IMG/VR virus record: IMGVR_UViG_3300032138_000002
Location: 95,484 to 159,483 of that record
DNA: 64,000 bases
DNA from: a virus
Lineage: Duplodnaviria; Caudoviricetes
Strand: one strand, 5' to 3'
Positions 12,001 through 21,807 of this stretch are shown one piece after another. A program made the translations under genes and the position numbers. The notes beneath the pieces are model-generated. The model was given only the letters and a program-made list of their open reading frames with translations, was not told the origin of the DNA and did not search any database. Position 1 is the stretch's first letter. Each line of letters starts with the position of its first letter.

Positions 12001-15000
12001 AAGCAGATTAAACAATGCGGGGACCGTTTCCATTCTTTCTATTAGAACGAGAAATGATTCAAGTAACGCATCATTATTTTTAAGGGCCGGTGATTCGCTT
12101 AAATCACCTTTTTTGAAATTAGATCTCGCTATCGTTTTAAAAAGTTGTTTGACTTCTTCAATTTTAAAAAAATCGTATTCCGATGATTGCAATTTTAACA
12201 ACGTCGCCGGAAGATTGGACGGGCTAAATGTTGCTTCACCACCTTGCTCTCGACCAATCATTAGTCTACCCACTAGACTATTACACATTTCGTTCCAAAG
12301 GGTGGCCGGCCCAAGAGGATCATCCGAATAAGCATTTCCGGCAGAGGATACATCGCCGAGGAGTACATCCTGAGGAGCTAAGGATTGTTGGGAAACCACC
12401 TCGGCCAATTTCTGACCAGAAGCTTCAGTGCCCCATGCAGTGCTTTTGGGGGTCCATATAAGTGGGGGGGCAAAATTTAAGTTTTTTATTGTATTAACAG
12501 TGGATAACAAATAATCTCTAATTGTTCCAATCATTGTGTAGGCTTCTTCTACTGTTAATTCGAGAGGGGCGTCACTGAAACTTCCTAATAATGAATTTAG
12601 CTCTTGGATTGCCGATGACAGTGTGTTTTGCACCATTGTTAATAGACCACTGGGAAGGTTATGTGCCTCTATCTGTGTCTCTACCATAATTAGCGTCCCG
12701 CGGGCGTGACTTAGATTATCAAGCGATGCTTGAATAACCTCGGAAAAGTTTCCTTCTGCCTTGTAAGGAAGGGTTGGATCCCCAAAAACCACAGGGTGTA
12801 TTTGTGCTTGGGACAAACTTTGAAGAGGGCCTGGTGTCACTCCTGCGGGACCATGTTCAATTAGGTTCGCGGCAGGCTCTAAGAGTAGATTATCGTCTCC
12901 GGAAAATACATCGGCAGCGGCGCCGCCCTTTTTCCAGAAACCACTTATTTTGGTCGTTTCATAAGGAAGGGTAAATGTAAAAAGTTCGAAAAAAGTAGCA
13001 AAGTTAGACCCCAAATCTGCGGCAGGATCCTGTGTCCTTTTTATTAGTGCTGCCGCGATATCTGCCATCACATCGTCATAAAGATCTTCTTTTACTCCAT
13101 CAAAATAATTATTGGCTATTTTTTGACGGGCTGTTTTATGAACAGCCGAATCTACTAGTATATTCTTCAAGTCTTGTTCGGGATTAGCATCCGTATTATT
13201 CACGCCATTTATCATATCCATTAGCGATTTCCCCACCTCTTTTTTTAACAATTGGTCGGCAGCTAACTGATCCGCAATATCGCCCGGGCTTAATCCTATG
13301 GCGGCTAATGTTCTCGTGTGTTCGGCATATTTGCCGTCCCCGTCGTTGCATATATCGTATCCGCTCAAGCTCTCAGTAATATTATATATTTCCTCTATTT
13401 GTTCACAGATAGATAAATCAGCTAGATCACCTATACTTTTATAAAAATATATTAAAGATTTCCGAATAGTGAACTTTTGATTAATAATTTCATACCCATG
13501 ATCTTCATTAAAATAATATACGCGATCGATGAGACTATTGGAGGGGGTGCCACCCAACAATCGGCAAATATCTAAAGGAGTTAACACCAAAAATAATTGT
13601 GTAATGTATTTTACAAAATCAATATCGACGTCGAGGTGATCATCCATGTTGGGGGGAAACTTCAAAGCTTCGGGAGAAAGGGAACCGGCGGTGGGGAGGC
13701 GCCCTGTTCTAGAAGCCTGAGGCGGACATAAACTGTTCAGCCGTTCAATGAGTTCATTGATTCTCTGAATTACTAGTCTTTCTACCAATCCATCGATATA
13801 ATTTTGCATCCGGTCTTGCATCGTTTGCAATCGTTGGGCCGGGCTCACCCCATCCACCCCTAGGGCTTTTTGTGCAAATCCCAACGCATCGTAAATATTG
13901 ATATTAATATTGATTTTACCGGGACAATGTTTTTTGGCAGGGAGTTCGTCATCTATCCTATTGTATAAGTTGGTGACGGCGGACGTCCCAGTCTGTGATA
14001 GCATTTCATACATTTCTTTAATATTGGCTACCAGTATGGCGGCGCCGCCTACAATAACCATACAAATTACTGTTTTAGTGTCTTTAGTAAGCGCATTGAC
14101 GACGCCTTCAATGTCTCTAGGCTCTAAAAGTTCTACCTCTTTATCTTTAAGTGTCTTTTGTTTTGTAGAGTGAATCGGGGATGTTTTAGATACTATTTTA
14201 AAATCAGATACTAAACTTTTCCATGTTTTAGCGCCCACCACTCCATCTTTTTTTAGGGAGGACCCTCCTTGGTATGATTTAACCATTCGCTTAGTTTTTG
14301 GGCCAAAGATGCCGTCTATTTTTAAAGGGCGCATTCCTTCAACCTCTATGGGCTTTATATCATTAGGGGAACCGGGGACGGGTTCGGTAATGTAGTCGGG
14401 ACCAAATATCATTAAATTAAGCAATGTTTGTAATAGTTCTACTAACTTACCTTCATTTCCGCTTCTTAGTGTTTTTAAATTTTCACTCTCGGGAAGGGTC
14501 ATCTGGGGAGCTTCCTCGGCCGCTAAAGCATCTGCTGCCGCGGTGGCAACGTCGCCGACTGTCGTATCGAAGAACCCTTCGAGATCTCGATAGGCCTCTA
14601 ATATTTCAGGGTCGTTGTTGACACCAGAAATAATACCATTAGTTGCGGCGCGCTTCATTTCTCCGAGAAGCTGCTGGTATATCGCCTCTCCGTCGAAAAT
14701 GGTTTCGCCCGTTGCCGGGTTGACTTGATGAATGTTGCGTATTTGCTCTAAATAATAAACAGCTTTTTCCGGATCTCCGAAAATAGCCGTTAATGTTGTG
14801 TCACAAAACATGTCAATAATATCTTCAATTGTAAAAGTGATATTCATACATGCCAGGGCGCGTTCGGCAAGCTCCCTGATGGTTACTTTAGACAATATTT
14901 TTCTTTGTGCTTCCAACAGGGACGTAATTTTAGTCCCCTGATGTGACATATCGATCATAAAATTATCTCGGATATCAGTAACTTGAGTATCTAAAATTGT

Positions 15001-16815
15001 ATTATGTTGACGACGATTAGTACTATTGTTCAGTTGAACCTGCTCTCCGCGGACCTGTTCAGCGGTTTGGGGGACCGGGGGTTCCTCCTTAATTTCTTCA
15101 ATGGCGTTTGCGATGGGGGCTATGTTAGCTTTTTTGCGGCGGCCGTCGAGATAACGATCGCCATCCGGATCGAAATACTTTAAAGTAGTATCAGATAACT
15201 GAATATATTTACGCACAAATTCAGATAAAGGCAATGGGCCCGAACTATCTATAGAACTTTCATCCGTGGAAACTTCTATTTTCTCAATAGAGACACAATC
15301 CCCATCACCTGAAGAATCGAACTTAGCCAAATTTATAAGGAAATTCACCGCCCTTTCGTCGGAAAGGGATGAAAAAAAGAGGGGCCCTATCTGTCCGGTA
15401 TTATTGTTAATCTTGTCTAGCGCAGAGGGAGAGTTATTTAAATTAAGGGGGGCGCTTTTATAATAACTTTTAATATATTTATCTATTTTAGCCTGTCCGA
15501 GTGTGTTACCTTCGGGATCGACTTCGGCTCCTAAAATATCTGAGTCAAAATCATTTGGTGAATTAAGGTACTCGAACTTATCAATAACATTACGCGTGAA
15601 CATGAGGCCATATGTGGCCACATTTGACTTAAATTCTTTCTCTAGCTCAACAAAAAGATCGCCGATCTTTTTCTTTTCGTTGGTCACTTTTGACCCCACC
15701 GCCACAGTCGTCTTGCCATCGCTTACGGTGGCAGCTACCGGTGGCTCTGTCTCCACCGCCTCAACTTCTGTAAACGTTAATGGTGCGGATACCTTTATTT
15801 GACTATTCACTGTCCATCTCGCCGAGATAAGATCGATAATTTCTTGGCCTGTTTTTTCAATATTTTTAAGTATTTTCGCCAATTTACGTGTTTTACGTAC
15901 CACATACATTACTTTTAATTCATTTCGGTTAATGAACATATAAAAAGGGCTATTCAGAGAAATTTTGTTCACCTTGAGATATTCCTGCACATCATTCTGT
16001 AATCGCTCTAGAGTGAATATCTCCCCAGCCCACGTAACATCGCCGAAATTATCAAAATATACCCACTCATTATTTTGAGGCCTTTTGTCAAGATCTTGAT
16101 AATATTCAAGTCTTTCTATAAAACCACCCAACTGAGAGGTAAAATCAGTGTAATCATCAAAAGAAAGGATATAGAGGGGGTCAACGATATCTTTGAAAGT
16201 CTCGTGTTCTTCCTGTTCAGAAAACCGTTGATTGTCTATTTTTAATGCGAGTGCTCCCAAATTTAAAGTACTATCTTCCCATGGGCGCGGGGCACGAATG
16301 AGATTTTTAAATCGTTTGCCATCATAAGTAATTTTAATTCGTATAAAACCGGTAGCCACTTCCTCGGAGGTGAATTCTGTCTCACCACCCATCATCATAT
16401 CAATTATTACCGGTTCCACTACGGGTTCAGATTCTGTTATTTTGTTATCAACCCAATCGACTTCGGCAAAGGGGCCCTGGTCTAATGCAGCGCTTGCGGC
16501 GGTGGATCCTTGGGTTTCATAAAGTATCTGCGGGCCCAGTTCAAATATCCCGGAAATATCTTTACCGTATTTAAAAGCGATCATCATCAGGCCCAGCATT
16601 TTGTAATGATCGGCGCGCGGGGCATTGACTGTCGCGGGGGCGTTGGACATATAGGCGCCCTGATTTATCGTTATATTAGGTTTCTCAACATAGAGATAGT
16701 TCCCCACATCTTGTGTGGCCCCGGAGGGTAGTTTGAGACGAAAAATAATATTATAATCCCCATTTCCATCAATATAGGGTTCGTTAACGGGTATATTTGT
16801 CCAGTCTTCTGCCAT
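9085..16815 (-). CDS. Giant (2,576 aa) virion-associated protein with an internal peptidoglycan-binding (PG_binding_1-like) domain
   Basis: LRSGNEGKLVELLQTLLN...IDGIFGPKTKRMVKSYQ...DGVVGAKTWKSL at about 14213-14475; lies within the baseplate operon. Confidence 0.6.
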   Translation of the reverse strand: MAEDWTNIPVNEPYIDGNGDYNIIFRLKLPSGATQDVGNYLYVEKPNITINQGAYMSNAPATVNAPRADHYKMLGLMMIAFKYGKDISGIFELGPQILYETQGSTAASAALDQGPFAEVDWVDNKITESEPVVEPVIIDMMMGGETEFTSEEVATGFIRIKITYDGKRFKNLIRAPRPWEDSTLNLGALALKIDNQRFSEQEEHETFKDIVDPLYILSFDDYTDFTSQLGGFIERLEYYQDLDKRPQNNEWVYFDNFGDVTWAGEIFTLERLQNDVQEYLKVNKISLNSPFYMFINRNELKVMYVVRKTRKLAKILKNIEKTGQEIIDLISARWTVNSQIKVSAPLTFTEVEAVETEPPVAATVSDGKTTVAVGSKVTNEKKKIGDLFVELEKEFKSNVATYGLMFTRNVIDKFEYLNSPNDFDSDILGAEVDPEGNTLGQAKIDKYIKSYYKSAPLNLNNSPSALDKINNNTGQIGPLFFSSLSDERAVNFLINLAKFDSSGDGDCVSIEKIEVSTDESSIDSSGPLPLSEFVRKYIQLSDTTLKYFDPDGDRYLDGRRKKANIAPIANAIEEIKEEPPVPQTAEQVRGEQVQLNNSTNRRQHNTILDTQVTDIRDNFMIDMSHQGTKITSLLEAQRKILSKVTIRELAERALACMNITFTIEDIIDMFCDTTLTAIFGDPEKAVYYLEQIRNIHQVNPATGETIFDGEAIYQQLLGEMKRAATNGIISGVNNDPEILEAYRDLEGFFDTTVGDVATAAADALAAEEAPQMTLPESENLKTLRSGNEGKLVELLQTLLNLMIFGPDYITEPVPGSPNDIKPIEVEGMRPLKIDGIFGPKTKRMVKSYQGGSSLKKDGVVGAKTWKSLVSDFKIVSKTSPIHSTKQKTLKDKEVELLEPRDIEGVVNALTKDTKTVICMVIVGGAAILVANIKEMYEMLSQTGTSAVTNLYNRIDDELPAKKHCPGKINININIYDALGFAQKALGVDGVSPAQRLQTMQDRMQNYIDGLVERLVIQRINELIERLNSLCPPQASRTGRLPTAGSLSPEALKFPPNMDDHLDVDIDFVKYITQLFLVLTPLDICRLLGGTPSNSLIDRVYYFNEDHGYEIINQKFTIRKSLIYFYKSIGDLADLSICEQIEEIYNITESLSGYDICNDGDGKYAEHTRTLAAIGLSPGDIADQLAADQLLKKEVGKSLMDMINGVNNTDANPEQDLKNILVDSAVHKTARQKIANNYFDGVKEDLYDDVMADIAAALIKRTQDPAADLGSNFATFFELFTFTLPYETTKISGFWKKGGAAADVFSGDDNLLLEPAANLIEHGPAGVTPGPLQSLSQAQIHPVVFGDPTLPYKAEGNFSEVIQASLDNLSHARGTLIMVETQIEAHNLPSGLLTMVQNTLSSAIQELNSLLGSFSDAPLELTVEEAYTMIGTIRDYLLSTVNTIKNLNFAPPLIWTPKSTAWGTEASGQKLAEVVSQQSLAPQDVLLGDVSSAGNAYSDDPLGPATLWNEMCNSLVGRLMIGREQGGEATFSPSNLPATLLKLQSSEYDFFKIEEVKQLFKTIARSNFKKGDLSESPALKNNDALLESFLVLIERMETVPALFNLLGYLAAYPQASDLLNNPEVLAQLNTAANQNTEFTAEIYAHLQKIKLLRYNESLDVNNIKYNALAPMDDTITGLIASGDAPSCDPEASFGPNFPLDVSAQNNHYGFPVLNKNMWADTRLLGTDSVPQFSNPKYGATGASKPDAIIPADLDTLVWQTKAVLEATETPDDDLSLEEWKKEQIPVRGGFFFENFVQFDAINVKGASQAAASSLGNISIFDSWEEKRGEIKERFPYLQQHPDGDAIFESDSSSRPITFSTEETIDLLKIIGGDASYFENNYKKELMIPLGWYVAPDEDNSWEVTNGLPASGVWYSPVWDMVSTMVNSAKVFGYYSGRISNMPYGPSVKNFIGGPAGTLNSNDVDWILRTRLITPQLNPIEQNHIFETVPLRDARWTRSWTGLEDNEVDAERKPDTNAAARNPTSVGAGGRYLGCAVPWDTRNFYSAAKKKYFPWALATAPFLNKVGYGGSTPSSYKTSEITWYTGTAPETVTFPLSGQREDTYYTSREELNVWYGPQLDLTSKTTAQNTKEASAPGTNIGTWNYLPSGTTRKFSLPKNIKELKDLFLNLNEKTNKAVSEPIFTEQAYHLAKVFDQDTGTIVEREQTLRVPIQFGVASKGTELGNEGQVIKKAGLINGIQYKDSEDDDQYVTATTKTIRIIRVYKKISLRDPSSDGTSDTITVSNLLPNLKLGVRLNYLLRDSIVGLFGNDAAYWDTFSGTVEGEEEQTLTGIAATPDLLPIAFNSDPVAAIAASTPDEILFDRLWMPLRFIIASSTAGTEEPLIGLQNIGEHFPYQKIPLTLRIAEAAKSLASPELDVFNETAIDPATATLREFVKLLPHSVAGIPHLPGSGIDPRRSVIYGSGDYAGQVADTKSGGGAESPDPTGQYEIPSPFTHAPVYLYGNTIWKELACLLQEGTAWDTLFNEILPIKDIYSLYTTYLLHTLAMQSSDNAEYNNAIIPFLDQLKKEIIKLGEQT

Positions 16816-16817
16816 AA

Positions 16818-17894
16818 TTAATTAGTTAATACTCCATCACTGCAAATATACTTTGCGCCGGGGGAGTTTTTAACGGGCTTGTCTGTTGGCGGTTTAAGGA
16901 ATGTATTGGCAATCTCTATGGTTTTTTTAGCGCTCTTATCAGCTAAATCTGCCTGCTGATTTGAAATTTTACCGTTTGTGGTCCCAATGCCGCGTGATGC
17001 TTTTTTTACATCGCTTTTTTTGGATGGCATCGTTACTTGAAGTCCTAGGGACGCTGCGATAGCTCCTCCGGCGTTGGGGGGGTGGGTATGACCGCTAATA
17101 TCTTTGAGTGCTGATGATATCTTGGAAAGTGCCTTTGTGTTTTCCTTATTAATTTCCCCTTGATACTCTAAGAAATTATACATTTCATTTCGTATAATAC
17201 CGATGTAATCTAAAATTCCATTAAGGCAATCTACAAGGTTTTGTCCTTTTACCACGGGTTGCATATTAATTCCCTCCGTAGGGTGCGTCATAGCAATTAA
17301 ATTTATTAGCCCTCTAGAGAACTTTTGGGCCCCTTTGGAATTTACTGTGTCAGTTCCTGCTACAATTTTTATGCTCGATCGAGCACAAACCCTTGTGGAA
17401 TCGGCGTTTAAGGCGATGGCAGATTTACTTTTTATGTCACCGATCGATCCGGGTGGAAGGCTCAAGTATTCGTCGACGTTACCCTTTTGAGTAATTAATA
17501 TTTTTGCAGCATCCGACTTAAAATTGGTTTGGTAATAACGATCGTTTCGTGGATCAGCGCTCATTGGACCGGCAACTAAGTGAATGGCGCCGGCTCCTGT
17601 TTGGTCCCAGAGACCCCCTTTACCGTCCATATCTTTACCGAGAATTACAAAAGCCCCATACTCCCCTTCCAGATAATTGCCTTTAGGGGCTTTTCTAATA
17701 ATGGGTTGAGGGTCTATGTCCGGACCCATCAGTTCTTGTTGCTCTGGTGCGAGCCCGTCATATTTACCCGCGTTTATTATAAGACCCTTGTTATCAATCG
17801 ATTTTGTTTGGGTTTTAGCAGGCGTTTTTGTCAAGGATGCCTCAACTTCCCTCTGTAGTTCTTCTCGTGTGAATATTTGATTATTTGTCGTCAT
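16818..17894 (-). CDS. Putative baseplate central spike (gp5/gpV C-terminal-like) protein
   Basis: Beta-strand-rich middle region and a C-terminal GHTHPP (HxH) motif of the kind seen in contractile spike tips; position between hub and wedge genes. Confidence 0.5.
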   Translation of the reverse strand: MTTNNQIFTREELQREVEASLTKTPAKTQTKSIDNKGLIINAGKYDGLAPEQQELMGPDIDPQPIIRKAPKGNYLEGEYGAFVILGKDMDGKGGLWDQTGAGAIHLVAGPMSADPRNDRYYQTNFKSDAAKILITQKGNVDEYLSLPPGSIGDIKSKSAIALNADSTRVCARSSIKIVAGTDTVNSKGAQKFSRGLINLIAMTHPTEGINMQPVVKGQNLVDCLNGILDYIGIIRNEMYNFLEYQGEINKENTKALSKISSALKDISGHTHPPNAGGAIAASLGLQVTMPSKKSDVKKASRGIGTTNGKISNQQADLADKSAKKTIEIANTFLKPPTDKPVKNSPGAKYICSDGVLTN

Positions 17895-17934
17895 TTCATA
17901 GCCTATTAGTGTAATTACTTCCTCGTAATCATTA

Positions 17935-19959
17935 TTAAACTAAAGGTACCACTGTGTTAAAAGCTGGCTCGGGTTCGGGCTTACCGTTCCTCTTGTAAAC
18001 TCCCGGATTTAGCGTGCGCTGCCCCAGTAACTCTTTACCCGCTCTAATAAATGCGTTATTTTGGCCCGCCCAACCATAGCGTAAGTCACTTATATAACAT
18101 CTTCCGTTGACATTGCCGTATTGACGTCCGACATAGCTAAGCCAGTCACTGTTACCAGTGGACAGAAGGGCTCCAACGCTGGCATAAAAAGCGTCGTGAG
18201 GACTGGCTCCCTTATAGCGGCTGTAGCCATAATAAGTATAAAAAGAGCCGTCTTGGTGGTGGCCGCCGTAAGCATGATTGGTCATTCCTTGATCCAACTC
18301 TGAGCCTTTCCCCAGCGAGTTAGCCTGCCAAAATGCCATAGTCACCTTTGACATTTTACTCTTTTTGACAATGGGAACACGCCACCATGGAAAGCATTTT
18401 TTAGCCCACTTGGATTCATCGGGCTCCCACCCATAGTCAACGCCGTACAGAATATCACCACCCAGTGGAATTCCTGGGCCGGTGCCAAGTTCTTGATATG
18501 GGAACCGCAAGGGCACCTTCATATACGATGCATTTTCAGCATATGCGCTGCCGTTGTTAGCAATGTCTTGACAAAGTATCCACGATGTTTCAAGCTGAGC
18601 CAACGTTGGAAGCTGGTAAAAAGAGTTTCTTCCCAGGGTTAGGGCAATTTGTTTATTTAATTTAAAAGTAGAATCAGCACTTGCCGCATTGGCCACAGGC
18701 TTACCAAGCCCTAAAATATAGTAACCGCCGGCTTCACAAACCTTTGCCATCGAAAAACTGCCGCCGGTAGAGGCTCCGTAAAACTCAATCCCCGGGGCGG
18801 CCTGGGAAATCCAGTTACAATTAGCAATAAGCTCATCAAATGGCGCGCAATGGGTGATCTTGCCGTCTGTTGTGGCCCACATGTGTACTCCTGGGACCTT
18901 ACCGGCCGCGGAAGCTTCAGCCTTTGTCTTTCCCGCATCTAAAGCTGCGTAGTATCTGTCAGTTCTTTTTGTAAACGATTGAGGGCCTTTAAACGGGAAT
19001 TTGTCGATTTGGTCGGCGCGCCTTGCCGCAACCGCTGTTTCGTGTATACAAAACATTGTTACACCCCTCTTCATATATTTAATATGGTGGGGATATCGAC
19101 CCTTAAAACGAACAGCCAAGGGGTCATATCCAGCTTTTTCTTTGCACGTCAGCCAGTTTATGATTTGTAGCCGAGGATCATAAGTTCCGGCCAACTTACT
19201 TTGAAAAGGGCCATTCGGATCATTGGGGTCTGCGCCACCTTGCGTTACGCTATATTTAGCTGGTCCTTTTTGGTACATTCCTGGAAGAGGGAAGGCTTGA
19301 GCGTCTGTAAAAGCTGGAATATTTCCGGGGCCCGAATGATTGGCTACATTCTGAGACGTCGATCCCAGTGGCCCGGGTGTTCCATTGTTGTATTGCTGCT
19401 GTGTATTCTGGGGTTTGTAGGGGGTGGGGGTCCTACCTATGCACGACTGTTCTCGACTGTTTGCTTTTCCCAGAAGCTCGGGGCCGGTTTGGGTAGTGTA
19501 ATCATTATACGCCACGCGTACAACATCATAAGGTTTTATTTCCTCAGTTAACCCAGCGGGGTTGTTTCTATTGATAAATATATCGTGCTTTACAATAGCA
19601 TTAATATCGCGGGTGGACATGTCGACAAACGTTTTTTCGAATGTCCAGTGAAAGAAATCTTTCATGGGAGGCGATGCTGGGCCCGGGATTACAGTTGGTG
19701 CTTCAGACTGGTGAAAGCCCGGGATGCGGGCCATGACCTGTGTGTATCCCTCGGTGTCTTTTCGTGTCGCCAGAACTATGGCAAGAAGATAAGGGGGCGT
19801 TAGCTGTGGGCCACTTTTATTTATAAAATGCGACCGCATCTCAGAATCTAGATCGGCCGTGCTCCCGTGGGTCGAAACATAGGGAGAAGGGCGGCGCGAA
19901 TAAATAATAGGATTAAGAGCGGATGCCGCAGGATCCTCATAGTGTACTAATAAAGACAT
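17935..19959 (-). CDS. Putative baseplate hub protein with N-acetylmuramoyl-L-alanine amidase (Amidase_2)-like domain
   Basis: N-terminal AIVL...VMARIP (gp5 OB-like). C-terminal FCIHETA, HMWATTDGKI, GIEF, PTLAQL, NH...HHQDG follow the Zn-amidase motif order. Confidence 0.45.
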   Translation of the reverse strand: MSLLVHYEDPAASALNPIIYSRRPSPYVSTHGSTADLDSEMRSHFINKSGPQLTPPYLLAIVLATRKDTEGYTQVMARIPGFHQSEAPTVIPGPASPPMKDFFHWTFEKTFVDMSTRDINAIVKHDIFINRNNPAGLTEEIKPYDVVRVAYNDYTTQTGPELLGKANSREQSCIGRTPTPYKPQNTQQQYNNGTPGPLGSTSQNVANHSGPGNIPAFTDAQAFPLPGMYQKGPAKYSVTQGGADPNDPNGPFQSKLAGTYDPRLQIINWLTCKEKAGYDPLAVRFKGRYPHHIKYMKRGVTMFCIHETAVAARRADQIDKFPFKGPQSFTKRTDRYYAALDAGKTKAEASAAGKVPGVHMWATTDGKITHCAPFDELIANCNWISQAAPGIEFYGASTGGSFSMAKVCEAGGYYILGLGKPVANAASADSTFKLNKQIALTLGRNSFYQLPTLAQLETSWILCQDIANNGSAYAENASYMKVPLRFPYQELGTGPGIPLGGDILYGVDYGWEPDESKWAKKCFPWWRVPIVKKSKMSKVTMAFWQANSLGKGSELDQGMTNHAYGGHHQDGSFYTYYGYSRYKGASPHDAFYASVGALLSTGNSDWLSYVGRQYGNVNGRCYISDLRYGWAGQNNAFIRAGKELLGQRTLNPGVYKRNGKPEPEPAFNTVVPLV

Positions 19960-19962
19960 TCA

Positions 19963-20247
19963 CTATTTTTCTCCTTGGATCAGATCGTACAATTCCTGTT
20001 TATCATTGTCGGTGAGACCCACTTCTTTGCTTTCCTTTTTTTGGATCAACGCCGCTATTTTAACCAATTGTTCGTTGGATCGCTGGAGTGTTTCCACATA
20101 TTTAGCGGCTATAGCTCCGACCTTTTCATGATTGGCGCTATCAACAGCCAAAAGATTCATAACATCTCTGAGAAGTGCTTGCGTTACTTCTCTATCATCA
20201 GTAATGTTCTGAATGGCCTCTTGGAGGTAGTGTTCTATATTTTTCAT
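19963..20247 (-). CDS. Hypothetical phage protein (helical)
   Basis: 94 aa with SD GAGGTG; first gene of the baseplate operon. Confidence 0.7.
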   Translation of the reverse strand: MKNIEHYLQEAIQNITDDREVTQALLRDVMNLLAVDSANHEKVGAIAAKYVETLQRSNEQLVKIAALIQKKESKEVGLTDNDKQELYDLIQGEK

Positions 20248-20281
20248 TTTTCACCTCTATATCTTCAATAATTAGAGGCAT

Positions 20282-20965
20282 TTATATTTTTCCATCATTC
20301 CAATCAGAACGAAAGTTCCTATATTTTATTCGTAGTTTATTCAAACTATTAACCACCTGCTTGGTGTTTAGCCCCGTTAGTTCTCTTAAATACAGATAGA
20401 CTGCTTTTTTGTTAAATATTTCAATGTCATCCGAACTATTAAATAAAACGTCTATTGCTTTGAGAACCTTGCGTTCATTTTCTTTTAATTTAAGTTGGTG
20501 CCAGGTCGACATTTCTTCTTTGAAAAGTAACCAGAATTCTTGATGTTCTCTCTCGGACACGTAACCTTCATCATTTGATAAATATCGCTGCTCTAGTCCA
20601 CTGTTAATATCATCAAAATTTAACTCCCGGCGCGTTTTTGTAGCGTTTTTTTTGACCTTGTGAATAAACCAATTTTTTGTGATAACACTAAAATAAGAAA
20701 ATGCCTTTGACCCCTTATCGGGATCGTATTTGTCTAAGATCGTCGTAAGCCAGAGTTTACATTCTTCCATTAAAAACTCAATATTTGGAAGATTGGAGAA
20801 CTTATAAGTATAAACAATCTTGTTTACTAGCTCGTGAAAAGCCGGTTGTATCAACCTAATATAAAGCTCCTGTTTTTCATCGCGGTCATCGGACAAGGCA
20901 TATTGAACGACGGCGTTCTCATGTTCTTTGGTAAAATAATGTCTACTCTTCCTCTTCTGGGCCAT
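20282..20965 (-). CDS. Phage RNA polymerase sigma factor (T4 gp55-like late sigma)
   Basis: HYFTKEHE, KYDPDKGSKAFSYFSVITKNWF (sigma region 2-like) and a C-terminal HTH-like YLRELTGLNTKQV. Confidence 0.75.
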   Translation of the reverse strand: MAQKRKSRHYFTKEHENAVVQYALSDDRDEKQELYIRLIQPAFHELVNKIVYTYKFSNLPNIEFLMEECKLWLTTILDKYDPDKGSKAFSYFSVITKNWFIHKVKKNATKTRRELNFDDINSGLEQRYLSNDEGYVSEREHQEFWLLFKEEMSTWHQLKLKENERKVLKAIDVLFNSSDDIEIFNKKAVYLYLRELTGLNTKQVVNSLNKLRIKYRNFRSDWNDGKI

Positions 20966-21239
20966 CTTCTTCCTCTTCAGTTACAGCTAGGGCTCTTTCG
21001 TACCCCTTTACGCGTTCAGTGAACTCTTTTGAGTGTTTTATAAGACTTTGAAGAGTGGAATCTCCATAAAAAGTTTCCATCGCGTGGATACTTTCAAGGT
21101 GACTGCCAAAGCCAGTCAGATCATCCAGTAAATCCTCCATATGTTCGAGCACATAAAAATAGTCTCTTAATACGTTTCTTAAGTACCATATAAAAAATAT
21201 ATTCAAGAGAACTGAGAATGCTAATAGTGTTGTGATCAT
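20943..21239 (-). CDS. Small N-terminally membrane-anchored protein
   Basis: Hydrophobic N-terminus LLAFSVLLNIFFIWYL; overlaps neighbouring genes. Confidence 0.65.
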   Translation of the reverse strand: MITTLLAFSVLLNIFFIWYLRNVLRDYFYVLEHMEDLLDDLTGFGSHLESIHAMETFYGDSTLQSLIKHSKEFTERVKGYERALAVTEEEEDGPEEEE

Positions 21240-21493
21240 GGGTGATATTCTTCGGTTTTGAGCTTTTTCTTCTCTTCGGCTACCTCTTTTTTGGTAGCTT
21301 CTATATGTTGCTTAACCAAATCTCCAACTTTTTTCTTGTTTGTCCGTTTAGGGGTTTTTGGAATAGGGGTGTAAACCTTTTTTAAAGTATTGATCTCTCC
21401 ACATTCCTGACACTTTTCAAGGCGCTCATCCATGGCATGAACCACCATAAACTCTTTTTCGCACCCTGCGCATCGGTAATGATAACGAGGCAT
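21236..21493 (-). CDS. FmdB-family zinc-ribbon protein
   Basis: MPRYHYRCAGC...CQECG. Likely start at 21493 (TAATG overlap), not 21523. Confidence 0.8.
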   Translation of the reverse strand: MPRYHYRCAGCEKEFMVVHAMDERLEKCQECGEINTLKKVYTPIPKTPKRTNKKKVGDLVKQHIEATKKEVAEEKKKLKTEEYHP

Positions 21494-21807
21494 TAAATTT
21501 CGTCGGGATCCAACGTGCTGCACTCCACTTCTCCATCATCATCATCTTCTGTGATAGTTTTTGTGGCAGTAGCTAATGCATCTGCGTCTTCGTGGGAAAC
21601 CTTCACCAAAGGTGGGTTAAGAACCACTAAGGTTCCATCAGTGTTTGGGGTTAGACGTAAGCCCTTCAAAGTGGGAACAATATCGCTTTGTTCGAGCAAC
21701 GATTTTTGTAGTGCCATCATTACAGTTCCAACTGCTTGGTCTGATAGCAAAAATTCTGTCAAATTGGTTGTAGTGTCGGTTGTAGTTGTCATTTTCTTAT
21801 TCACCAT
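21493..21807 (-). CDS. Hypothetical protein
   Basis: 104-aa ORF coupled to both neighbours. Confidence 0.6.
   Translation of the reverse strand: MVNKKMTTTTDTTTNLTEFLLSDQAVGTVMMALQKSLLEQSDIVPTLKGLRLTPNTDGTLVVLNPPLVKVSHEDADALATATKTITEDDDDGEVECSTLDPDEI

Noticed and set aside
16819-16826. ACTAATTA as another late-promoter box
   Set aside because: It coincides with the last codons and stop of the upstream gene and is only 3 nt from the next ATG, so it may be coincidental.
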